A stretch of DNA of 64,000 bases from an uncultured Acidobacteriota bacterium (lineage in GTDB: Bacteria; Acidobacteriota; UBA6911), in contig CAWEJX010000004.1 of NCBI GenBank assembly GCA_963809485.1, forward strand, positions 288,001-352,000, in the 5' to 3' direction. A program made the translations under genes and the position numbers. Below are positions 21,891 through 32,196 of the stretch, in pieces (positions within the stretch are counted from its first letter, which is position 1; the number at the start of each line of letters is the position of its first letter). The notes below the pieces were generated by a model. The model was not told the origin of the DNA. It searched no databases and saw nothing but the letters and a program-made list of their open reading frames with translations.

Positions 21891-23834
21891 CTATTTCTCT
21901 TTATAGACGCCGGTGTAATCTTTGTTGTGGGCTTCATACTTTTTCTGCATGTTGCCCCAGAAGGTCATCGGCAGGAAACCGGTCACGATCTTGCCGTCCA
22001 CCTGCTTGATGGTGAGCCACTTCTTCCATTCCGGCGGGTCAAGCTCCGGGTAGTCTATGCGGCGGAGGTTAAGCGGCATGCTGCTGGCCTTGCGCGCCTT
22101 CATGGCCTGGATGACAATTTTCGCCACGTTCAATATGCTGACATCCTCCAGGCTGCGCATCAGTTTATGCGGATCCATCGCATAAAGCATGGGCACGGAT
22201 TCCGCCTCTATCTTATCCAGGGCCTGGAGGGCCATATTGAACATCCTCTCAGTCTTGAATTCGCTAACGTAATACTGCATTACGCGGTTAATACCGATGT
22301 TTAGCTCCTTCCATTCCAGGCCGCTGGTCCGTTTGGTCGGGGCCAGAATGCGGGCCTTTTCTTTCGCAATCTGCCCGCGGGAGACCTTGCCCTGCTTTAT
22401 TTCCCTGGCGTAAGCGACTGCCTTGCGCCCGGCATATCGGCCAGTGGCCGCGCAGAAGCTATGGTCTTCCGGCGAGAACATGGAACCCCCGGCGGCGTAC
22501 AGCCCGTCGAGCGAGGTCTTCAGATTCCAGTCCACAACAAGAGCACCGCTTCCCGCTGCTTCGCCCCACTGTGGGAGGCTTCTGCCTTCGATGAATTTGT
22601 AGCTCTGGAGCAGGTCGCGGCTTCCGTCGTAGCCGTGCTTGTTCAGCTGGTCGATGATGATCCTGGTGGTTGACTCTTCGCCAAGCATCAGGTTCCAGGT
22701 GGCTCTTCTTTCCACATCGCTCATGGCGGGGAAATCGCCGTAGAAGGGCAGTTCATACTCGCCTTTCATGACGCCTTCACGGATTTTATCTTCCGCGCCG
22801 AACATCGGGACCATGGCGCCCCAGTCTTCCCAGCCCTGGGTGGGCAGCGGAAGCCGTTTGCCTTTGGCATCTATCAGCGGGACGTTTTCGTAGCTGGCAT
22901 CTCCGGCGCCGGAATACCACTTGTGCTTGAAACCGGTGGCGATCATGAGTTGCCCGGAAGCTTCCATCTTGGTCAGTTCCGCTCCGGCATTCCAGGCCAT
23001 AACGATGCCTTCGCCGGTGGCTGTGCGGGACATCATGCTGGAATACCCGCAAAGCTCCGTGTTGAAGTGCCATATGCCGCCGCCGCCGGCCGCGCCAAGG
23101 ATGGTTGCTTTTGCCTTGAAGATTATTACCTGGCCGGTACGGCTGCTGAAACCCATAGCACCGACGACCCTGCCGCCCTGGACGCCATTTTCCGTAAGCA
23201 AGGCAGTGGCCATAACGCGGTCAAAGATTTTGACGCCGAGGCGTTTGCACTCTTTTTTCAGGGCGGGCTTGAATGTGCTGCCCCAGACCCTGATGACGAC
23301 GTTATTCAGTTTTTCGCCATCTTTAGGCGGGCCGATTTTTTCATAATCCAATACATAGCTGTGGACTTTGGTATAACGGGGCGAAATCATCAGCTTGGTC
23401 TTGTCATCCCGGCCTTTGGCGCCTTTGTATTCATCCTTGGTATCGCGGATTTTGCCTCCCATCATCTCCATTTCCTGGAGCGTGTCCCAGTCCTCGCGGC
23501 ACTGGATCTGAATGCCGATACCGTTGCAGTAAGGCCGGCCTGCCATATGTATGGCCCATTCATCGGGATCCACATTGGATAGAGGGTTGGCCGGCGCATT
23601 GCACCAGTGGTCGCAGCCCGGACCGCCGGCGCCGCTGCGCTGCACATCAGCCTTTTCCACCAGCGCAACGCTTAACCCAGACCGTGCCGCGCTGATGGCC
23701 GCCCAGCAGCCGCCGATTCCGCCGCCGACCACCAGGATGTCGGTCACGATTTCCTGGTCCTCGTCATATTTAATAGGATACGGCCAGTCAGGCGGGCCTC
23801 CTTGTTCCTGCACATAGTCATGCCATCTTGTCAT
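21891..23834 (-). CDS. FAD-dependent oxidoreductase, AprA-like (SDH/FRD flavoprotein superfamily)
   Basis: VVGGGIGGCWAA FAD motif, RSGAGGPGCDHW, TSLDGLYAAG and RRIDYPE; GGAGG RBS. Confidence 0.9.
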   Translation of the reverse strand: MTRWHDYVQEQGGPPDWPYPIKYDEDQEIVTDILVVGGGIGGCWAAISAARSGLSVALVEKADVQRSGAGGPGCDHWCNAPANPLSNVDPDEWAIHMAGRPYCNGIGIQIQCREDWDTLQEMEMMGGKIRDTKDEYKGAKGRDDKTKLMISPRYTKVHSYVLDYEKIGPPKDGEKLNNVVIRVWGSTFKPALKKECKRLGVKIFDRVMATALLTENGVQGGRVVGAMGFSSRTGQVIIFKAKATILGAAGGGGIWHFNTELCGYSSMMSRTATGEGIVMAWNAGAELTKMEASGQLMIATGFKHKWYSGAGDASYENVPLIDAKGKRLPLPTQGWEDWGAMVPMFGAEDKIREGVMKGEYELPFYGDFPAMSDVERRATWNLMLGEESTTRIIIDQLNKHGYDGSRDLLQSYKFIEGRSLPQWGEAAGSGALVVDWNLKTSLDGLYAAGGSMFSPEDHSFCAATGRYAGRKAVAYAREIKQGKVSRGQIAKEKARILAPTKRTSGLEWKELNIGINRVMQYYVSEFKTERMFNMALQALDKIEAESVPMLYAMDPHKLMRSLEDVSILNVAKIVIQAMKARKASSMPLNLRRIDYPELDPPEWKKWLTIKQVDGKIVTGFLPMTFWGNMQKKYEAHNKDYTGVYKEK

Positions 23835-24484
23835 GGACGAACCTCCTTGTTATCCGGTAACCGTTTGTTTTATGCATGTTCAGTTTTCATGAATCTCTTC
23901 TGCCATGGTCCGTACGTGTCCGAAATACCTTCATCAACACGCGCCCCGGCGGTGAGAATATTGGCAGACAGGAAAAATTATCCGCGGTATTGCGGAATTC
24001 TTCCCCTGTTGAGGCCGCACTCACTTACTGATTCAGCACGTTGTGAAAATTATCGGGATGTCTTCCGGATCTTCGGAGTGAGATTTTAATACAAATTGGA
24101 ACGGGAAACGCTGAATTTTGTGTGCTTTCCCCTTTCCGCTGCTTCCGGCCTCCGTTATGATCGGAACATTACCTGATAGTTGAAGGCGCAACCCGATACC
24201 GGAACATCCAGCGTTGGAGAAAGGGAAAATGGACTGGAGTGGGCGAGTGCTGAAGGACGGCCTTATGCTTGATCCCCCATGCAGAATGATCGCCGCCGAG
24301 GCTGGTTTCCGCGCAATTATGTTTGGTATATCATGGCAAAAACGAAACCCTTCGCTGGTTCCGTCTAAAGGCCTGAGGCGAAACAGACGTGAAAGCCGCA
24401 GAAAGACATGACATCAACGCGGAGTACAACGTCGAAGCCGAATTTTATCGACGGAAAATATCCGTTCCGAAAGGATATTGCTCA

Positions 24485-25039
24485 ATGAACGATCTCAAGT
24501 ATGAAAAACTGGTATATCGGTTCCAGCCGGAATACCTGGCCAGGTCCATCGACGGCAAGGAAATCCGGGACGGGATCCCTCGTGCCTATTTCAGGGGCGC
24601 CTGTCAGATTCCCGGGTCGCAGTTCAACGTCGGCTATGGGTTGATCACGGGTCCGGTGCTGCTCGATCCCTATCCGCATAAGCATCAGGCGGACGAATAC
24701 CTGGTTTTCGGCGCCGGCTCACTGGACAATGCGTTCGATTGGGACGCTCATGTCGAGTTTACGCTCGGCCTGGGCGACGATGCCGAGAAGTATGATATCG
24801 ACCAGCCCACGATCGTCCGGATCCCCGCCGACACCTGGCATTGCCCGCTGAACTTCGTGCGGATCGGGAAACCCGTGTTTTTCCAGGTCGCGCTGATGCA
24901 GGGCATGTTCGGCGGCACCTACATGATGCCCGAGGGCACCCGTGAAATCGCCTATAACGGACAGATCGAGTGCATCATGGAGCCGGGCAAGAATTGCGAC
25001 TGCTGCCAGAAGTGTCTTTCGATGGACTGGAGAAAGTAG
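24485..25039 (+). CDS. Cupin-like protein with a C-terminal Cys cluster
   Basis: PHKHQADEYL and RIPADTWHCPL (same family as the 13436 gene); tail ECIMEPGKNCDCCQKC. Start placed after AAAGGA. Confidence 0.75.
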   Translation: MNDLKYEKLVYRFQPEYLARSIDGKEIRDGIPRAYFRGACQIPGSQFNVGYGLITGPVLLDPYPHKHQADEYLVFGAGSLDNAFDWDAHVEFTLGLGDDAEKYDIDQPTIVRIPADTWHCPLNFVRIGKPVFFQVALMQGMFGGTYMMPEGTREIAYNGQIECIMEPGKNCDCCQKCLSMDWRK

Positions 25040-25222
25040 CGGCTCCAGCGGAAATATGAGAGAAGTCATAAAAGGCTCCGCGTCGCTTTAGAGTGGTCTC
25101 CCTGTCAAAGACAATTTGCAGAAGAGCCTGGTCACGACCTCTCATTTGATCCATGCTCGCGCCGCCGGAAATATAAAGGCCCTCCTTCAACTCAATGCCG
25201 ACATACCGCGCAAATCCTTCAG

Positions 25223-26294
25223 CTATTCGCCTGGATTGCACTTTCTCACCGCTTTTGCCACTTTCTTCCAGCGCTCCTTTTCCACCCAGCTCGCGCTATG
25301 GGTTTTTTTTAGCTCGATATAATGTGCCTCATTGCGAATTTTGAAATAGTTGGCCAATCGACGCGCGTCCAGCTCATCCTGGAGAACCGCAGCCCGGACG
25401 CGGCAGCCCGGCTCGCTTTGATGGCTGCAATCCCGGAAGCGGCATCCCTCCGCAAGAGCCTTGATATCTTCGAAAGCCGTATCGAGGCCCCCATCAACGG
25501 ACCAGACCTGAAGCTCCCGCATTCCGGGCGTATCCATGATCAGGCCGCCGGAGGGGAGAAGAAAAAGCTGCCGGGCGGAAGTGGTATGCAACCCTCGCCC
25601 GGTATATGAGTCGGTTTCGCGAACTTCCTGAGCGGATCGCCCGAGCAACCGGTTCACAATGGACGATTTGCCAACCCCTGAAGATCCCAGGAAGGCAATG
25701 GTTTGTCCTCGTTCGTTGTAGTTCAGAATATCCTCAATCCCCCAGCCCGCAGTTGCACTTACGGCAAGCACGGGGACTCCAGGAGCCAGAGACCTTGCCT
25801 CCCTGATGCGGCCGGAGACTTCGGGGCAGATGTCCGCTTTGTTCAGGACTATCACAGGACGGGCGCCGCTCTCCCATGCAATGGCAAGATACCGCTCCAT
25901 CCGGCGTGGATTGAAATCGGAATCGAGTCCGCTTACCAGGCACACGGTGTCGATGTTGGACACAATCACCTGTCGATCCACGGCGGTCCCCGCCTGTTTT
26001 CTCGAGAAGGAGGTTCTGCGCGGCAGGACAAATCGTATGACCGTACGGTCGCTGCCCGCGGGATTGTCCACCAGCACCCAATCCCCGCACGCCGGCAGAT
26101 CTCCTGGGTCTAGGGCGACCATGCCTGAGCGCCCCGCCGATCTCCGCCCACAACTCTCCGCCCTCCGAGATGAGGCGGTACATTCCCCTGCCCTGAAATG
26201 ACACGCGGGCCGGAGCGAGATTGTCATTCCGATAATTCGCGCAATGGTTTTCGAAGAAGGAGTTCCAACCAAAATCCTCTAGATTCAATGCCAT
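25223..26294 (-). CDS. rsgA: Ribosome small subunit-dependent GTPase A (one frameshift near 26118, likely an assembly error)
   Basis: PACGDWV, VSNIDTV, NKAD, GSSGVGKSS, HTT, DTPGMRE and CRFRDCSHQSEPGC zinc finger. The N-terminus MALNLEDFGW lies in a different frame. Confidence 0.9.
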
Positions 26295-26469
26295 ATCCTC
26301 TTGGAAATTGCGCAGACCGTCATGAACGCAGGCAAGTCCTGGTTCAAAAAATGGACATGAGAAACTGGGAAACAGTCTGTGCGGATTTTGAGTCAAGAGT
26401 GCGCACACGTATCCGCAATGTTATCGGATCGCGCACTCGCTCGACGCATTGAATTTAGAGGACAATCAT
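26275..26469 (-). promoter_or_regulatory. Putative uORF-controlled translational attenuator (uORF MIVL, 26469..26455)
   Basis: 16/17-nt inverted repeat between the uORF region (26446-26462) and the start of rsgA (26275-26291); internal hairpin at 26397-26438. Confidence 0.6.
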
Positions 26470-26961
26470 AGGCTACCAGTGGCTATGCTACCACTGTCGT
26501 ATTTGGTCAACAAGCGGGAATGAAATGAGAAAGAAACAAAATGATGTTTATCTACCAGGGGTACGGCAGGGGCAAGAATAAAGAGAGGCGGATAGTATTA
26601 CCCAAAGGAAAATCATGGGAATGAAAGCAACCTCAAGAGAATAAGTAAAACTGACCTCAGCTTCTCAGCTCCGGCGCCCGGCTCATTATGGTGGATATAG
26701 TGATGGAAGGCGCTGGCTAATGATTCCGGCTTATGCCGTATGCGAAGCCATTCTGATTATTGCCGGAATCGGATTTCTCAAGCGTGAGACCGATGAAATG
26801 ATGCCTTACAAAAGGTTCTTCATCCTTTTGTGGATCAGAAAATCCCTCCTGGATGCTGCAGTGTCTATTTCATACGAGGCATGAAAAATCCTGGAAATTT
26901 CCAATTTCAAATTTCCAATTGGATTAGATGGTAATTGGAATTAATCAATTTTTTCTGCGTT

Positions 26962-29369
26962 TTATATTTTCCCAAGCGCCTTCAGGACTTTATCCGGAGT
27001 CGTCGGATAATCCAGGACCCATTTGCCTGTCGCATTGTGGATCGCGGAGACGGTGACTCCCGACATGCTGGCCCCGATGTTTTCGCCAATGCCACAGGCG
27101 CCATAGGCTGCGTATCCCAAGTGGCTTTCGTTGATCAGGCACTGGGTGTCCGGATAGTCATTCATCGTCCCTATGTGGTACCCGATCAAATCGTAATTGA
27201 GGGCTACTCCGGTGCGGGGACAGAAGATATGCTCCTCGGTGCCGCTTCGGCCCAGCCCCATAACAGCGCCGCCGTATTGCTGGGCATAGGCTCCTTCGGG
27301 ATTGAACAGGTGGCCGACATCGTTGACGCAGACTATATTGGTCACATCGACCATTCCCGTTTCGGTGTCTACCTCGACTTCGATGAAGTGCGCCTGCCTG
27401 GGCATCGCATACGATTGAGGGTCCGGTCGTCCCGTCGGATTCATATCCATGGACGCTGCCGGGTACAGGAGGATGGAAGATTGCAGGATCCTGCGCCCAC
27501 CAAGTATCCGCCACCTCTCTCACTGTCTTTCGGTTGCCTGGGTTCGCTTTCTCGAAAACCATGCTGTCTTTGATATCCAGATCTTCGGGCTTCTTATTGG
27601 GGAAGAGGGAAGGCTGTGCAGGACTGGCAAACAAAGCCGGCCTCGGCCTTACGGCGTATTCAAGAATTTTCTGCTTTAATTCTCTGGCGGCGGGGATTAG
27701 CTGGGTATTGATATAACATGTTCCAAAGGAACCTCCCGGTTGCCAGAGGTGGTAATTCGTATTGTCGGAACGGCGCTCCAGTATGACAGTATCTTCGTAC
27801 TTGAGTCCGGCTTCCGAGGCTACCGCAAGACGCGCGCCCGACTCCGTATCGACCCCCATATCGCTGCGGGCTCCTATAATCGCGGCTTTACCCTCGACGC
27901 AGCGTAACGCATGCGAAGGAGCTGCCGGGAGTGGGCGCGTGCCAGTGCCATTCATTCACGTGGATGAAACCAAGCCCATGCATTTTTCCGTTCGGGAGCT
28001 TTTTGGTTCCGGGCGGATGCCATTTCTCATCCCATCCTATCGCCTTCTTGCCTTTGTCGAGTACTTCCTTGAGGCTCCATCTTTGGGGGAATCCATTTTC
28101 CTTCTGGTACCGCGTGACCCATTCCCAGTCATGGCCGGCGCAGCCGTCGTTTTTCAGGGCGACTTCTGTCGGGTCCAACCCCATTTCCGCAGCAACACGG
28201 GCAAACATTACGTTGTGCGGGACGCAGGTATGGGATCCATGCCGGAAACACATATTGTGCCCTGTATTGACCAGAGCCCATTCCTGTGTGCCCAGGATGT
28301 TGGGAATTTTGGTGCTGACACGCGTCTTATCAATCGCGGGATTTCGAATCCCAAGCATGTGCCAATGCAACGAGGTGATAGTGCCGTCCTTCTTGACTCC
28401 AACCTTGCACCTATAGGTCCCTGCATCGTCGCCGCCGCAGTAATAGCCGCTCTCGTCCCAAAGCAGTTTCACGGGTTTCCCCGCCGCTCTTTTGGCGAGG
28501 ATCGCGGTGAGGCGGATAAAGGCATAGGAGTAGGAAAGCCATGAAAAGCCGCCGTACCACGAACCCTGGTAGGGCATCGTGACGGTGATCTTGGCCCACT
28601 CGGCAAGAGGAGCTCGGGGCTTTTCACGGACCGTGTTCGGAGTGGTAACCGTAGCTTGAGGAAGATCCTGGTGATGAACCCAGAGATCGAGAAAATCGCC
28701 TCTCCACTGGGCAACGCACACAATGGGCTCAACACCTGCCGGCGTATTCCGGGCGCGAGTGATGGTGTATTCAATCACTTTGTCGGCTTCCGCGAAACCT
28801 TTCTCGACATTGCCGAATTCGGCGCGATCGGTCAGAACCGTATTGGGCTCTTTGGCCTTCGGGTTCATGAACTTCACCTCAGGCATGATCTTTGGCGCGT
28901 CCGGCTTGAGGGATTCCGCCATATCGAGGATGAACGGCCGTTCTTCCCATTCTATTTTCAGGAGCCGCAGCGCGCGGTCGCATATTTCTTCGGTGTCGGC
29001 CACGACCACGACACCCATCGGGTGCTGGAAGAATTCGGAGGTCCGGGGCAGGGTCAGCAGGTTGTAGTTGCGGGAAACCTCAAAGCCCGGCAGGGTCTCG
29101 TTGTCGAACTCGATGTCCGGGTCATCGTATCTCAAGATGTCCCGCACGCCCACGAGAGCTTCGGCCTGGCTCGTGTCAATGCTCTTGATGCGCGCATGCG
29201 CGTAGGGGGAAAGGAGGATTTTCGCGTAGAGCATTCCGGGGAGATTGACATCTCTTGTAAAAACCGCCTGTCCGCTGACTCTCTCGAATGCGTCCTGCCG
29301 GTTGATCGTGCGGCTCATGTCTTTGCTGGTTTCGGGTATTTTCCACGTCCATGGTCGATATTCCACCAT
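26962..29369 (-). CDS. Second XDH-family molybdopterin-binding large subunit (two frameshifts, ~27905 and ~27460)
   Basis: MLYAKILLSPYAHARIK, EVEVDTETGMVDV, YAQQYGG, GACGIGE and YPTTPDKVLKALG, spread across three overlapping ORFs. Confidence 0.85.
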
Positions 29370-29420
29370 CTCAAGCCTCCGTTGACGGTCTCAGCCCTGC
29401 TCTGGTTTTCGCTTCGCCAG

Positions 29421-29454
29421 ATTGTACATTGGGACAGGCGAGGCATTGTACAAT
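29421..29454. promoter_or_regulatory. Paired ATTGTACAAT-type palindromes (GntR-like operator candidate) upstream of the XDH gene
   Basis: Perfect ATTGTACAAT at 29445-29454 and ATTGTACATT at 29421-29430. Confidence 0.4.
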
Positions 29455-29474
29455 TTTCGCGCTGAGGACGGATT

Positions 29475-29701
29475 GCGGTGGCACCGGCGAGCCGGCAGTG
29501 GCCTTGCTCTCGTCGTAGTTGGCGTGGTTGGGCGGAACTGTGCCATCGGCATTCAACCAAACCGGGTCGCAATGGCGAGGTGATCTTGAGCTTCGCCAGC
29601 ATTTGCTGATGATCGGAGTTGCCCTCGGCGGGCTGGGCCGCGATGCCAACCATTGGAACCGCACTCAACATGGCGAGCACGGTAAGCGTTGCGGCTTTCA
29701 T
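29475..29701 (-). pseudogene. 5' fragment of a secreted CE15/acetylxylan-esterase-like protein
   Basis: Signal peptide MKAATLTVL..., DHQQMLAKLKITS.LRPG, and PNHANYDESKA in a shifted frame; truncated before the XDH upstream region. Confidence 0.55.
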
Positions 29702-29708
29702 CTCCCGT

Positions 29709-30695
29709 TCACCGTGCCGGAAAATTCTTCCGTTCGATGGTCCACTTCTCATCCGTGCACAGGCCGCATTGGTCGCCCACGAAGCGGGCAGCGGCCTTGG
29801 CATCACCGCGCAATTGCCAGTTCAGCCAGTCCACCGCTACCTGCGCGGCGGCGCCACCATTGGGCTCGTGGTAGGTGCCGCCATGACCTACAGGCAGGTT
29901 GGCCACTGCGACGGGAACATGGTCGATCAGGTGGAAGTCTTCCATGCCATTTTTATAGGCGACGTCGGTCGGCCCACCCAGTATGTAGAGAACGGGCGTG
30001 TGATAGGTCTTCACCGTCGACTTGGGTACCTTGAGGCCGGGCATGGTGGCGCGCTCACCGTCATAGGTGCCCGTGTTCTGCATGATCAAGGTCTTCACGC
30101 GCGGGTCCCTGGCGACCAGAGCCGCCTGCAGGCCTCCACAGCTGAAGCCCGAGACAGCCACCTGTTGCGGATCAATGCGCCCGAAATACGGGCTGCCCTG
30201 ACGGGTGTTCTCGGCCAGCGCCCAGTCGATGGCTTTGGTGAGATCCGATGTTTCGGTGCGCGGGAAAGGCTTTTGCTCCGTGGTAGCTGCATGTGCGCCC
30301 GGGCCACTGAGTATGCGACCGGAGGCAATCACCAGATAACCGTGGGACGCCAGCTCGAGCAGATGAAAGCGGGTGCTAGCCGCATCGTCCGAACAGCCGC
30401 CGTTTCCCCACGCGACCACTCCCAGCTTCTGCGAACCCATCGCCGCCAAGTTGGCCGGTCGATACACCACATGCCGGGGGAGCGCGGGAATCTCCTCCTT
30501 CATCGCCGGGTAGGCGCCGGTTCCCGGGGTGTCCGGACTGTTGTTCTGTCCCGTTCCTGGCGGACCCATCGCTGCCCGATTGGGCCCACCGGCGCGGGGC
30601 GCAGGTGGCTGCTGGGCAGTGACTGCCTGCGCGCCGAGCAGAGCGCCAGCCAGGACCATGATGGTTATCACACGGTTTGCCGCGCAAATGATCAT
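29709..30695 (-). CDS. Secreted alpha/beta hydrolase (esterase)
   Basis: Signal peptide, VAWGNGGC, SGFSCGG nucleophile elbow, GGPTDVAY and GHGGTY. Confidence 0.85.
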   Translation of the reverse strand: MIICAANRVITIMVLAGALLGAQAVTAQQPPAPRAGGPNRAAMGPPGTGQNNSPDTPGTGAYPAMKEEIPALPRHVVYRPANLAAMGSQKLGVVAWGNGGCSDDAASTRFHLLELASHGYLVIASGRILSGPGAHAATTEQKPFPRTETSDLTKAIDWALAENTRQGSPYFGRIDPQQVAVSGFSCGGLQAALVARDPRVKTLIMQNTGTYDGERATMPGLKVPKSTVKTYHTPVLYILGGPTDVAYKNGMEDFHLIDHVPVAVANLPVGHGGTYHEPNGGAAAQVAVDWLNWQLRGDAKAAARFVGDQCGLCTDEKWTIERKNFPAR

Positions 30696-31289
30696 TGATA
30701 GCCCCCCAATGTGTATTGCCCCGCCCGGATTGTAAGGCGGATATTCCTGCCGCACTTGACGATAGGAAGAATGAACATGTTTTTTCAGAAACCTAATAGC
30801 CTCTTCCTGTGCCGCTTCTGGACCTTTGAGCTGCTTTACCTCCTGATTGTACTACCCTCGTTAAAAGACCCACCTATAGAAATTGAATCTGGAGCCGCCC
30901 CCCCAAATAAACCTTCGCCAATCAAGGCTCCAGCCCTCCCCGCTGACACCTACATCGAAATCCAGCCAGCCCTATCCCCTAATCCCTCCTGACTGTGAAT
31001 GATTTACAAACGCCCGAGTTTTTCTGAGGTATGCTGAGTTTCTTTGAAGCTGCCACCAGAACTGCCACCAAAGATGAAGTATCATTTCATTTGAAATTCT
31101 CAAATGGCTGGGTGTTAGGGACGCGTTTCGCAACTGAATGCTGGAAACGGTTTGATTCCAATTTTTGATAAGCTGACAATAAGTCCAAGTGGCAGGGAAC
31201 AGGGTATGTGAAACTTCCTCGAACGGGACTTATGGCTCGGAATGCAAACCCAAACCGGCCCCCGGTCTCCCATGCTCGGCAGGGATCTA

Positions 31290-31318
31290 TTGACACTTGT
31301 CACGTGACAGATTACACT
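31290..31318 (+). promoter_or_regulatory. Sigma70 promoter with an internal palindromic operator
   Basis: TTGACA (31290)-17 bp-TACACT (31313); TGTCACGTGACA palindrome at 31298-31309; GTG start 7 nt after the -10. Confidence 0.8.
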
Positions 31319-31325
31319 TCTCGTT

Positions 31326-31607
31326 GTGATCAAGACATTTGCCGATCGACACACTCGGGACTTGTACGTGCAAGGAAAGTCGAAGCGATTCCCGCCTGAA
31401 ATCACCCGAAGGGCGATACGGAAGCTCGAGTACGTGGATCTGGCGACTGGGCTTGACGATTTGAAGGTACCTCCAAGCAACCGGCTGCATGAACTGGAGC
31501 GGGAGAGAAACGGACAGTTTTCAATCTCCGTAAACGATCAGTGGCGTATCTGCTTCCGGTTCGTGGACGGCGATGCCTTTGATGTCGAACTCACAGATTA
31601 TCATTAG
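31326..31607 (+). CDS. higB: HigB/RelE-family toxin
   Basis: MIKTFAD..., DLKVPPSNRLHEL, SISVNDQWRICFRF, VELTDYH. Confidence 0.92.
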   Translation: MIKTFADRHTRDLYVQGKSKRFPPEITRRAIRKLEYVDLATGLDDLKVPPSNRLHELERERNGQFSISVNDQWRICFRFVDGDAFDVELTDYH

Positions 31608-31618
31608 GTCACATTTTT

Positions 31619-31934
31619 ATGAGCATTGAAAACACGCGAGAAAGAAAGATCCGCCCAACGCATCCTGGCGAAATGCTACGGGAGGATTTCTTGACAGATT
31701 ACGGGCTGACCGTATCGAGGGCTAGCGAAGGCATTAGGGGTTTCGCGCCAGACTGTCAACGAACTGCTTCGAGAGCGGCGCGCTGTCACGCCGGAGATGG
31801 CTCTTCGGCTTGCGCGCCTGTTCGGCAACACGCCGGAGTTCTGGCTCAATGCTCAGCGTGCAGTCGATCTCTGGGATGCCGAGAGAGCTCTCAAGAAAAG
31901 CGTCCAACGGATCAAACCCCTCACCGCGGCATAG
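31619..31934 (+). CDS. higA: HigA-family antitoxin (one extra base near 31720)
   Basis: PTHPGEMLREDFL, then after the shift LAKALGVSRQTVNELLRERRAVTPEMALRLARLFGNTPEFWLNAQ...LTAA-TAG. Confidence 0.85.
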
Positions 31935-32196
31935 AAATGAACCGGCACTCTGGCTGCAGCTATTTCCCAGATCGGGACTTATGGCCCGGAATGATGGGCG
32001 AACAGCTCTCGCTACGGATTACTTGTGGTATGGCCTGTTTTCAATACCTATCTGGGAGCGACGATTGGGGGATTCACAACAACATCTTCATTTCGTAGGG
32101 TCGAGGACTGGCGCCATACTGCGGGGTGCGGCCTATCCGTTGGCTCCCCGTTTCCTCTGGGAGTGCCTCACTAGCCCGAAGTTAGCGTCTTACCGA

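Larger units (their letters stand above)
31224..31993 (+). repeat. 21-bp direct repeats flanking the TA module (31224-31244, 31973-31993)
   Basis: CGGGACTTATGGCTCGGAATG vs CGGGACTTATGGCCCGGAATG (1 mismatch). Confidence 0.7.

Noticed and set aside
30960-31075. Possible tRNA/att remnant and CTGCCACCA direct repeat near the TA module
   Set aside because: No cloverleaf, T-loop or integrase is visible.
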